From assembly GCA_047495785.1 (NCBI GenBank), contig JBLDXI010000017.1, forward strand, positions 992,001 to 1,056,000: a DNA stretch of 64,000 nt. The letters are read 5' to 3'. Source of the stretch: Lepidodermella squamata (lineage: Eukaryota > Animalia > Gastrotricha). The notes under the pieces were generated by a model that worked only from the letters and a program-made list of their open reading frames with translations, was not told where the DNA came from and made no database searches. The translations under genes were made by a program, and so were the position numbers. Shown here piece by piece: positions 53,966 to 64,000 of this stretch. The stretch's first letter is position 1; every line of letters starts with the position of its first letter.

Positions 53966-56209
53966 CTATCCATTATGACGGCGCTTTTCATCATACTGGG
54001 ACAGGAGCTCGGCCGCAGAAGGTGCACTGATGCTGGCTATACCAAAAACGAAAGTGAACGCAATGATGGTTATAATCAGATAGCACCAAAATAGTAGTAC
54101 ATCTATGAGCTCGGCTACTTCATGCCATTCTATAAGATGCAAATCTCGATCGACTTGCAGCTCGTAACGGTCAGCGAGTCGTGAAATCGCGCTGTGAATC
54201 TCAATAATTGCGTCCAGTTTGAAAGTTACAGGATCAGCTGCTGGCTCCTTCGGGTTGCTCACTAGGCTCAATAAAGACTTCTTTCTATCAGCATAATTTG
54301 AAAGTCTCCTGAGCCTTGACACTGCTGTAGAATAAGCGAAATCGTTGTCCAACTGTCTCTTCAGCTTCTCCTTGTTGCTGTTGGGAAAAGAACATTCATC
54401 AGAGTCCCAAAATGCTGAAAATGTTAATCCTTACCATTTCTTTAAAGCACTTATCTCGTCCACAACACTATTTTGGTATTCACGTAATACTACGATATGG
54501 CGTTTCTTTCTATGATACCGGTCGATCATATTCTGGACCGATGAGGTGACGAATTTGCCTTGCAAGCGCCGGCGAAGATCGATCAGGAACCGGAGGGATT
54601 TTGGTACCGCCTTTACCTGCGGGTATTTTTTGCCCGGCACACTGTGCAGATTTTGGTAGTGAACGGCGTTGATGCCTATGGTCAGCATCAGACTGGAGGA
54701 AGTCATTCCCATCACCAGAAACAAATAGAGGTTGATCACTGGTACGTAATCTGACGATTCGGGCAACTTTTCCGAAACAGATAGCATGAAAACAGTAATT
54801 GAGAACAAAATCGCCGCACCGAGGGCGCATTTCTCCTTAGAGTAGATTGGTAGCTGGAAGACTGCGATAGTCACGGTTACTAGCAACCCAGTGAAGAAAT
54901 ATAGACCCAGTACGTAATACATCGCTCGCCCTTCCAAAATTATCATAAATAAGCACTTTATGAAACAATCCAACTAACTTCTTAGGACGAGGTAGTAAGA
55001 AATATCGATATAAGGCTCCACGCAGCATGTGTATATCACCGAGTGTCTTCTCTGAATAACGTCAACTAAATCCCATTTCCCGTTTGACACAAGACGGCTC
55101 AAATCCACGTCTAAAGATGCCAGAGAATATTACTAGTAAATCTTGTCTGAACTATTACCTCGTGTGGGATGCAGGTCAATCTCCAGTCCGCTGTGGGTCC
55201 AGCTACCAAATTTCAGATGGCACACCTATCATCGAGTTCAAACCATTTGGAAAGTGCAATCAGGTGTTCATACCTGGGTATCGAAAGGAAACCTGAAATA
55301 TATTCATGATGAATTTTTAACATAATTTTCAATAAGGTCTAATTACCAAGTAGGATCGATCGCGCAGGTGCTCACTATTTTTGCTGGATTGCCGTAAAAG
55401 ACCCTGCCGTCGCTAGAAACCATTGCCCTAAACTGGGTTTTCTTCTTAGTATAATCAGCAGCCGTGTTGTACAGCTCGACGTCGGGTATGAATATATATG
55501 CCTGAATAAAATGATTATTTCAACTTTTAGTAAATATAAGAGAGACCAACGCACAGCAGGCAAATTTAGCATTTTTATATTTCCATACTTCTTCGGCTCC
55601 CATTTCAAATTCTCGTCGATCCAGCTCTGAGAAAGATAAGGAGCTATAATGTAGCCAGCAGAATGCTTCCGCGACATACTTGTTCAAACCAAACCTGTTA
55701 CGAGAATATTTGCATCATTATACAAATTTAAAAGTCAAAATTATCTCTTACATTCATTATCAGCACTTGATTATGGTCATCCTATAGGGAAAACATAACA
55801 AATAAACTTAAACTTGAAAATTTAATAAAAATCAAACCAGATCGAACAGTTGATTTATGGCGAAGCTGAAGTTGACGACCATAAGATCGCGCCTAAGCTT
55901 TACTGGGCGAGCATTTGTGCTGTAGTTGTGCAGCAAAATGCAAGTCAACATTTGCTCATCAGTGATAACACGAACAGAAACGTTCCGAGAATCGTGAAAC
56001 ATGTAACTTCCTGACAGTATGTCCGTGCAATTCTGCTTGAAACCCTCGCGGTAAAGATCGGTTGTCGTGAATGCGTGGACCCGCTGCATGGTCTGAACAT
56101 CGATATCAGTTTTAAAATAATGGTTGATCTCTTCATCTCGCCCCGTTGAAGTTACGGAAAGTAAAAAAGTTGCAAAAAGTACGAATGCCGAACCGATTTC
56201 TCGTTTCAT
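53966..56209 (-). CDS. Nicotinic-type Cys-loop channel alpha subunit, copy E (contains micro-exons)
   Basis: PDVELYNTA, CAIDPTW/FPFDTQ/VC, FGSWTHSG, YTCCVEPY, SKEKCALGAAILFS, EWHEVAELIDVLLFW. Confidence 0.92.
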
Positions 56210-57532
56210 TCCGCGCACTTGGTGCCTTGTGGAACTGAAGAATGTCTGTTACATATATTCACAAAGCTCAATCGGCGTTAGCGTCTGCATAAATTACGCG
56301 CAAGATTTAAGATGAGGGCGAATTTACTTTCTAGGAAGCGTGTGGCACGGGAATTAGGCAAATGTTTGGTTGCCGCTCTTTGTTGCGGCCAGTAATGTGA
56401 GAAATCATAAAATAGGATTCACGGATTACAGCAGTATCTATGTTCAATAATAGATAATGCAAATCGCATTATCCATAATGATCGGCGAATGTGTTTTACT
56501 TCACGCCGGGCTATTCTCTAATAAGCCATAAATAATGAGACGTCTTTTTGCCCTAATGATCTCGCTTGAGTGGCCTCAAGTTGTCAGATTTTTCTGAAGT
56601 AATGGATATTTTCAATTTTTAGGTTAATTTTACGGACTACAGGTTATTCTCTGCTTGTTACCCCTGATCATCCGCCGAAAACAATGAAAAGTGTCACATC
56701 TCGTCAATCTTCAAATGTAGAGGAAAGTTGTTAGCAAATACAAGCATAAAATCGAAAAAATATGCTGAATAAAATGTTACTCTGACGACCTGCGTAATAT
56801 TCGGTACGGTAGCCTCTTTTTCCTTTTGTTGTTGAATAGGGCAAGATTCTGATATCGTGAAATCCGAAATTAAACGTGATGAATTTGTTTCTAGCATCGA
56901 ATTAATTCCTGAAATGTCGGATATTAGTAGCGAAGTGACCGAGTTTCGAAAGTCCGTGTAAGTCGTCGCAGTGTTAAGTTTTGAGAGTCGGTAGCGCAAA
57001 ATCTATTGGAAAATTAGGAAAACAAGCATTGCGTTTCGGTGAACACATTGATCAGCTGAAAATTGTGAAACCATTTAAGATTTAACAGTTGCAACGATGT
57101 ACAATTTTCGACATTTTTCATCATAAAGCGATCGTCCATTGTCTTCAATCATCATTGGTCCATTATTTGCAGTAATACTGCAATAATGTTTTATTTCTTG
57201 CAATTTGTCTCGCCAAAGTCGGAAATTCATAGCATCAAGCTCGCCAGCAATATAATATCCCAGCACTGCTACTTTATTGTTTTAAAATTTTCGAAAGATG
57301 CGATGCATTTATTTACCGTAGTTACCGAAATATAAGCCCCCCCTCGTTTAGAATCCTGTCTCGTTTAGAAGCCTAGGTAAATTGAAATTCGTCGATGCAT
57401 AGTCCTATCTCAAATAGTAGCCTAGGCTAATACGGCACGTGCTCAACTTGTGCTCTGCTGCGCCAAGAAGCACGCGCTTAACGGTATTAAAAACGAAATA
57501 ATGTAAAGCTATTTAATAATCTGCGAATTAAA

Positions 57533-59305
57533 ATGATTTTTATGGTAGCATTCCTTGTCATTCTTAATTGTCAGCTATTAGAGGACCTAGCTAATAGCTT
57601 TGCAAATTTATTTAATGATGATGGTGGCGATGATGCGCCTCGGCAGTCGCAAAAAGTGTTGCGACGCGCGTGGACCATGGAACAGCGGCAGCGCATACTG
57701 AAGCGAGTGGCGGAAACCGGAAACATAAGCGCGACAGCTCGTGAGTTCGGTTGTGACCCAAAACAAATACGCAACTGGAGAGCCACTGGAGGCGAAGACC
57801 GCACGCTAAGTCCAGACCGTAAGAGGCGGAAGGGTGCTGGACGTAAGCCGATTAGCAGTGACGCAGAGCACGCCGTTCACGACTGGATTACGAACATGAG
57901 ACACGGTAAACGGCGTGTTACGCGCGCGATGGTGATGGCCAAATTCAAAGAAGTGTGTAGCGAGCTGAAAGTGGTATGCCGAGCGTCTCCTGGCTGGCTC
58001 TGGCGGTTTGTTAAACGCTTTAACTACTCGCTCCGCCGCCGCACAACCGTTTGCCAAAAACTGCCTTCATCTTTTAAATATTTGATTGCCGATTTTATTC
58101 TGTACGTTCGCCTGATGTGGCAATTACGAAAGTATGAAGCGAGTAATGTTTACGCCTGCGATGAAACCTGCATTTGGTTAGACGCGGTCGGTAATACCAC
58201 TTTGGAAACAAAAGGCGTTAAAGAAGTCGCTATTCTGTCTACTGGGCATGATAAACAGCGAATTACCGTCATGCTGACCGCCTCGGCAAACGGCAAGAAG
58301 CTACGGCCCTGTGTCCTCATCCCGCGAAACAAACCCATTCCTGAGCTCGATCGCCGATTCGGCTCCAAACTCATCATTTTATATGAAGGTATAATTTAAA
58401 ATTTAAAATTAAAATTGAAATTTAAAATTAAAATTTAAAATTTAAAATTAAAATTGAAATTTAAAATTAAAATTGAAATTTAAAATAAATTGAAATTTAA
58501 TTAAATTTAAATAGGATCAGTTTGGTTCGATGACGCTGTTACTGCGAAATACATCAATCGTACGTTCGGCACGGTTTTCGGTGCTAATATCAGCAAACCA
58601 CGCTTACTCGTTTGGGATTCGTTTCGTTGCCATGTTAGTGAGGCGACAACTACTCTTCTACGATCGCTTAAGTTCGACACAGCCATTATTCCTGGGGGCA
58701 CGACTAAGTACATCCAGGTCCCTGATGTTTGCTGGAACAAGCCGTTTAAACAGAAAATTTGCGAACTCTATGACCTATGGATGTTGGCGCCCGAGCGGGA
58801 AACTGAACTTACCCGAGGTGGAAACCCGAAGCCGCCTTCGTACGAAACTGTGTGTAGCTGGATCGTGCAGGCTTGGGAATCGATTGACACCAGCCTCATC
58901 GAGGCTTCCTTCAAAATCTGTGGATTGGGAAATGCTGCCGATGGGTCCCAAGACCATGTCATTTCTTGCCTGAAGCCAGGAAAGCCGTGCGAGGAAGCTA
59001 TGGCGATTTTGAAGGAGGAAAATCGGAAACCGGTAGTGCCCAAATACAGCGTTGGCTGGGAAACTGTTGCTGAGCACGTCATTCCGCCTTCTATTCCCAG
59101 AGTTCGCCGCGAAGCGAAAAAGCCCGAAATGAAGAGAGCCGCCTCAGCACCGAACTCCTCATCAATTTTGAAATTTTTCGGCCCGAAAACGACTTCTAGT
59201 CAACCTCAACAGCAACCTGAACCCGAGGAAGTGCCTGAAATCGAAGACGAGGAGAGCGTTTACGACGAAGACGACGCGGAACTTATTTACAATGATGACA
59301 TCTGA
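57533..59305 (+). CDS. Pogo-family transposase, HTH + CENP-B HTH + DDE_1 (exons 57533-58388, 58515-59305)
   Basis: NISATAREFG..QIRNWR, GAGRKP, ASPGWLWRF, NVYACDET, LLVWDSFRCH, IPGGTTKYIQVPDV with 35 residues between D2 and D3. Open frame after splicing. Confidence 0.9.
58389..58514 (+). repeat. AT-rich minisatellite forming the transposase intron
   Basis: GT...AG, 126 nt, built of (AAATTTAAAATTAAAATTG)-like units. Confidence 0.85.
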
Positions 59306-60918
59306 ATTTTATTCAATTATAATACAAAATATTGACGAGTTAGATGTGGAACGACGGTAAATAAATTCAGGTCATCGTTGCATAAGCCTATCTCAAATAG
59401 AAGCCTAGTCTTGAATAGAAGCCTACTTTTCCCTATTTTTCGAGGTATCATTTTTGTATAAGCCTGGGTTAGTATTTCGGTAACTACGGTATTTTGTTTT
59501 TTAGAAGCTCTTACGCCCAAGAGAGGGCAGTTTGGAAATATTTTGCTCTTGGAACTGACTGTTCCGTATATTCAGTATATTCAGTTGGTTACAAAAAGAC
59601 AATTAAAATAGGTGCTGAGGGCAGAAGCTGATTGATATCAAAAACCGATAGCGATTCCTTTTGGACCCAGATCGAGCTTATCTTGTGATGCGATTTCATT
59701 TAAAATGAAGTTCTCCAGTTTCCAGTGAACTATCGCATTGTAGTGGCGTCGCGACTAACAAAAAGAACTGCCTCCTCAGTACTCCTCAATTTAGAAATGG
59801 CCAGGTATCGGGTATCCGCATTCGACAGATAAATATTTTACATGCGTGTGATTTAAAATGGGAGTGCTGAATGATGGTGCTTGTTGACCAATCTCTCTCC
59901 GGTGTTGCTTATAAGAATTATGTAACGCAGACCACCAATAAATCGGTATCTCTCTCTCTGACCTGTCAATTGTACTCCCTCCAGCTGGGATTTATGATGC
60001 TCTAAGAAGCTGACAATAGCCTGCAGCGATTTCCGTAGAAATTCAGAAAATTGTGCTCAACAGAAACCTCAAACCCGCCGGTCATCCCAAATCCCAAGCC
60101 GAAGTTTCGCGCAACCTCCTCAGCTGCTACAATTATTCGCTAAGATAAATATTAAAGTAATGCGCAAATGTTTAAATTATTGTATTAGCAGTAAATTAAA
60201 TATTAGTTTTTTATTTACGTTTGATCTTGACCTGGCCCGCCGCGCGATATTTTTTCAAAAATGTTTCCCTCCTATATTGCTTTACGCCGTACTGTATTAG
60301 CCGAGTATACGGTTTATCTGGCTAAATTGCTATCTACTTACTCATATCGTTTTGCTCAATTCCTGCTGTATTATCTGCTGTTGCTCAATGATCCCGGTCT
60401 TCTTTTTTCTTCATCGATCTGATCGAACATTTTTATGCTGCTTCTCTTTTTTGGATTATACGGATATAGATCGGGGTTGCAATCTATGTGAATTCGTAAA
60501 CTGGGAGCATGACCATAGTTGCTGAAATGCTTCTACCAACCCCGATCTGCCACATGTAGTGAGTAATCCACATATTGATAGGTTTAGGGAGGTAGCCTGC
60601 TGACCATGAATTTTCGTAAATAGCGGTGTCATTCGCGGCCTCCAACGGCATGCAACCAAATCACCTAATGTGCCGTTAAAGTGAATAGTTTAAATTCAGC
60701 TGCTGCGTATAGGATTCTTTGATACAATTGCTTTGGCCGATAAAGATTTGATAGTTCTGTGGTGGTATTCATTTTAATCCCTCACCCTAATGCTTACGAT
60801 CTCCGTAGATTCAGTGCTACATGCTGGCGTTTACGTTTTTCTCTAAAGCTCTTGATAATAGTCTTCATTTCAACCAGGTCAAAGATGGCGATGTTATCCA
60901 ACTGTAATTGACATGTGT

Positions 60919-61045
60919 TCAGCAGCCGTGTTGTACAGCTCGACGTCGGGTATGAATATATATGCCTGAATAAAATGATTATTTCAACTTTTAGTAAATA
61001 TAAGAGAGACCAACGCACAGCAGGCAAATTTAGCATTTTTATATT
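60919..61045. repeat. Perfect 127-bp duplicate of 55455-55581 (internal fragment of receptor copy E)
   Basis: Identical by eye from TCAGCAGCCGTG to TTTTTATATT, including the intron. Confidence 0.9.
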
Positions 61046-61103
61046 GCGATTGCGTTCGTATGAATTTAACGTTTTTGTTGTTTGTATTCTCTAGATTTTT
61101 TTA

Positions 61104-62161
61104 ATGGAAGTTGCTGCTAGGCCAAATCACAATTTTGCTGTTCCATCTCCCAACACTCTTCAGTTTTCTTCGCAAACTTACAAAAAACGAACACATGGTG
61201 ACCATCATGTAGATGATGGCAATGAAATCAATGGATCATGGACCCTACGGGTTGAAATAGTGCTGGAAGCCGATTGCTATGGCAACGGCATGTATATTAA
61301 TGGGTCCGCTGCTGCTGAGTTCGGCGAAGATGTGATCGTGAAAAACATGCGGGTTTTGGGCGATATGCATATCGGCCGCGTTCAAGCTGATCTCATAAAA
61401 AGTCTAAGCGCTGGTGAGTTACGTGTTTCTGTGTGCTTTTTTGGAAATATTTCAATTTTCAAGTCGTCGTTTTTCGGATCTACTGTTCTCTTCGTAAATT
61501 ATTGCGATTTACTCTTATTCTCTAGCACCGGTTATTGTCACTTGAGGAAACTTCCTGAAGTTTTAGGAGCTTTGAATAATTTAGTGACATCCTTTCCTAG
61601 ACTTATGTCTCACACTGTGGCGCGGGCGCATTACAATTTAAAGCGATAAATACTTCCCATCTTTACTGGTGCGGCATTAGCTCGCAGCTCTTCGTTCTAT
61701 TGTTTGCGATTTGTAGCAAGTGCGAGGAGTAAAGCATCACTGCCGCCTCAGGCTACGTTTCATGGTAGTTAATAACAAGTTTGCTTGGCCGCGCAGGGAA
61801 TCAATGAAGCCCTTGTTGGTTTGCGGATGGGTTTAATTAGCTTCTTCGAGTTGTTTTGTTTATTTCAATTTTCTCATATATTCACATTCTTTGTTTGCAT
61901 TATTTTGTGTTTAATATTTTATAGAACTGCCGCAGATAGACTTGTCCGATCATAAATTCTGGTGGCCGGCTAACAAGCAGTGGCTGACGAAAGCGCGATA
62001 CACGCTCGATCAGTACGGCCTGAATGCTGAGTGTTCGATCGAATTTAAGACGGCTCGGCGGCCGCTCGTCGTACAGCTGCCGGATTTACAACTGCGAACG
62101 ATGCTTGTTGATTTTTCGGCCACCGTCTTCCGTGTCGTAATCCAAATCTGTAAAGAGCTAA
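61104..62161 (+). CDS. FERMT: Kindlin/fermitin, 5' part (exons 61104-61413, 61925-62161; gene continues beyond the window)
   Basis: NGSWTLRV..RVLGDMHIG, LSDHKFWW..WLTKARYTLDQYGL, VQLPDLQ..VDFSATVFRVVIQICKEL, which correspond to the kindlin F0/F1 subdomains. Confidence 0.9.
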
Positions 62162-64000
62162 GTGAGTAGTAGTTGCTTTCATTAATTAATTCATTTGTGT
62201 TTATTGGTAATTAAATATATCGGGTTCTCGAAAATTAATGTGCGCCATTGCAGCGTCATTTTCTCGCGTTTTGGTAATAATATAACAATAATGCGATGAG
62301 ATAAAATTGTCCATTTTGTGCCCGGCGCTTATAATAGCTTTTAATTTTCGCGAAATATTCTGCACGCGTTCTAGATGTCACGCAGGTCTCATTTCAACGC
62401 ATCTGTTTAATGTTTGCTGAAAATGAGGTGACAAAATGTCCTTTTGTGATCTCGTCTCACAGGTGCTTAATACGCGTCTTGTGGCTGCGGTTTCTGAACC
62501 GTAGCAAATTCGCTGGTCAAACCTCAAGCCACATATGGCCTGCGTAAATACCTGCGTTGGTACACAGCGTAAAGTAACGTCTTGAGGGTCAACGCGCACT
62601 AAATATGCGCTCTTGACACTGCGCCGCCGCCGCGCCAAACTTTGCTCTCATTAAGGAGGAGTGTTTGAGTACGTGACTGGTTCGGCAATTCAGTTCCGGC
62701 GGCTGACAATACCTGAACTTGGCATTCATCCGCGACGTGCGAAATGCAACAAGGGAAACGGAAAAAAACCGCAGTCCGATAATTCAATCTTCTTCTTAGT
62801 CTTCGTTATATATGCGATGAGTGCAAGTCTTTTTGGCGCCGTTTTTATGCTCCCAGCTTGGATTTGTTTTTGTCGCTGAGCAAATATGAGCGGCCTATGT
62901 AAGAAGAAAATTAGTAGGCGGATGTAATGCATAGAATAAAAAATCGTGTGACAGCGTTGTTATACGGCGCCGATTTGGGGCCCTTGTATACTCCGAACTC
63001 AGCATAATATAATATCGCTGTCAGCGCGCCTTGTATTCTAGTAGTTGTTATCGCTGCTTGCGTTTATTTTTCCTCCAACGATGATGTCATGATTACTATT
63101 TTTATTAGTTGCGCGATGGTCTGATGTAATATACCTAATACAAAAAAGAGCAGCGATGTTGTTTTGTTTAGGCCGTGTTTACCGCCCCGGCCGGAATTTT
63201 TCCCATCGTATCGCGGGTTTAGTTAAACATCTGGGCATCGATTTTTTTTGTGTTCGATTTTTCGCGTCCGTCTCAAGTGTGAACCATAAACACAGCGAAA
63301 TATCGGGCGGAAACAACTGCTCATTTTTGTTTACCCGCTGTCAAACGACTAGTATGGTGCCTATTGTTATTGATATAAACTGGCCAGTTGTAGTGCCAAC
63401 AGACGCTGGGCACTCGAGAGTGGCACTGAGTGTTGTGTGTATGGGTCAAAAAGCCTGTGCTGGTTATTTGTTTTGTATATTGCCGAGTGGCCTGCGAGGT
63501 CAGCGAGACGCCTGTTCTGCGCTCTGCTTTTCGCCCAGATTACAACGTTGCGCAATTTTCGGGTGGCGAAAACAAACCCTTACCGAAGCACGTTTTCGTG
63601 GGAAGCCGAGACCGAGCCATTATTTACAAGCAAAGAATACAGGGACAATGAATAAACGCGCATTATAATGTGATTAACAATGATAATGATGATAACAAGA
63701 AAATATATTAGGCCATGTGCGCCCTGTTTCGCCCGGTTGGATACAACAAGAAGCGGCCGAAGTGAGTGCGCATCGACTTGAAAACGCAAACTGTTTACGT
63801 TTACGATGCACCGAACTATAACCGAGAGAGAGCTTTCAATTTTGTTTATATCGCACGGATAGAATGTATACACTATATCAAGGTAATCGGTTAGTTATTA
63901 CCTGGAACGGAACCCGTCTGCGTTCTGCTGCTCATCGCCGCCCGACGCCCTAATTAGTTTGTTGGAGCTTCACGCACAATCAATACAAAATGCGAAATAT

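Larger units (their letters stand above)
57316..59489 (+). mobile_element. Full-length Tc2/pogo-type (DD35D) DNA transposon, 2174 bp
   Basis: Perfect 17-bp TIR CCGTAGTTACCGAAATA at both ends, TA target duplications, subterminal ..TAGAAGCCTA repeats, and a transposase inside. Confidence 0.93.

Noticed and set aside
42432-56209. Receptors as anion channels or non-alpha subunits
   Set aside because: All have -1' Glu, lack the PAR motif, and retain the vicinal loop C cysteines.
58389-58514. Regular repeat array as a CRISPR or other functional repeat
   Set aside because: It is a pure AT minisatellite without spacers, bounded by GT-AG, and its removal restores the transposase frame. The context is eukaryotic.
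60450-60900. Degenerate LINE RT on the minus strand (TPLFTK...SICGLLTTCGR)
   Set aside because: Only a faint resemblance with many stops; too weak to list as a feature.
63156-63668. 170-aa ORF
   Set aside because: No recognisable motif; it lies in the kindlin intron and has regulatory-type composition.

Overview
Eukaryotic (animal) genomic DNA from a compact invertebrate genome. Most introns are GT-AG and about 45-60 nt, CpG is not depleted, and there is an interstitial TTAGGG tract. The taxon cannot be fixed from this sequence; a small-genome spiralian is plausible. Gene order: three tandem paralogues of an unrecognised secreted C-x8-C protein (-); Msx homeobox gene in about 10 kb of motif-rich non-coding DNA (-); two ABHD1/2/3-family hydrolases (-); QTRT2 (-); NDUFB8 (-); a whirlin/PDZD7-like PDZ scaffold (+); an ~1180-aa chimera of DZANK1-type domains with an 8-repeat annexin (+); a secreted or GPI-anchored Cys-rich protein (-); five tandem divergent nicotinic-type Cys-loop receptor alpha subunits (-) interrupted by a CPVL serine carboxypeptidase (+); an intact DD35D Tc2/pogo transposon; and the 5' part of a kindlin gene (+). 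The most notable items are the receptor array (shared N-terminal Cys extension, Phe at M2 9', loss of several near-invariant motifs, heavy intron turnover), the DZANK1-annexin fusion next to whirlin, the unrecognised secreted family, and signs of operon-like organisation or trans-splicing. All gene models were spliced by eye and all family assignments come from recalled motifs, not database searches.
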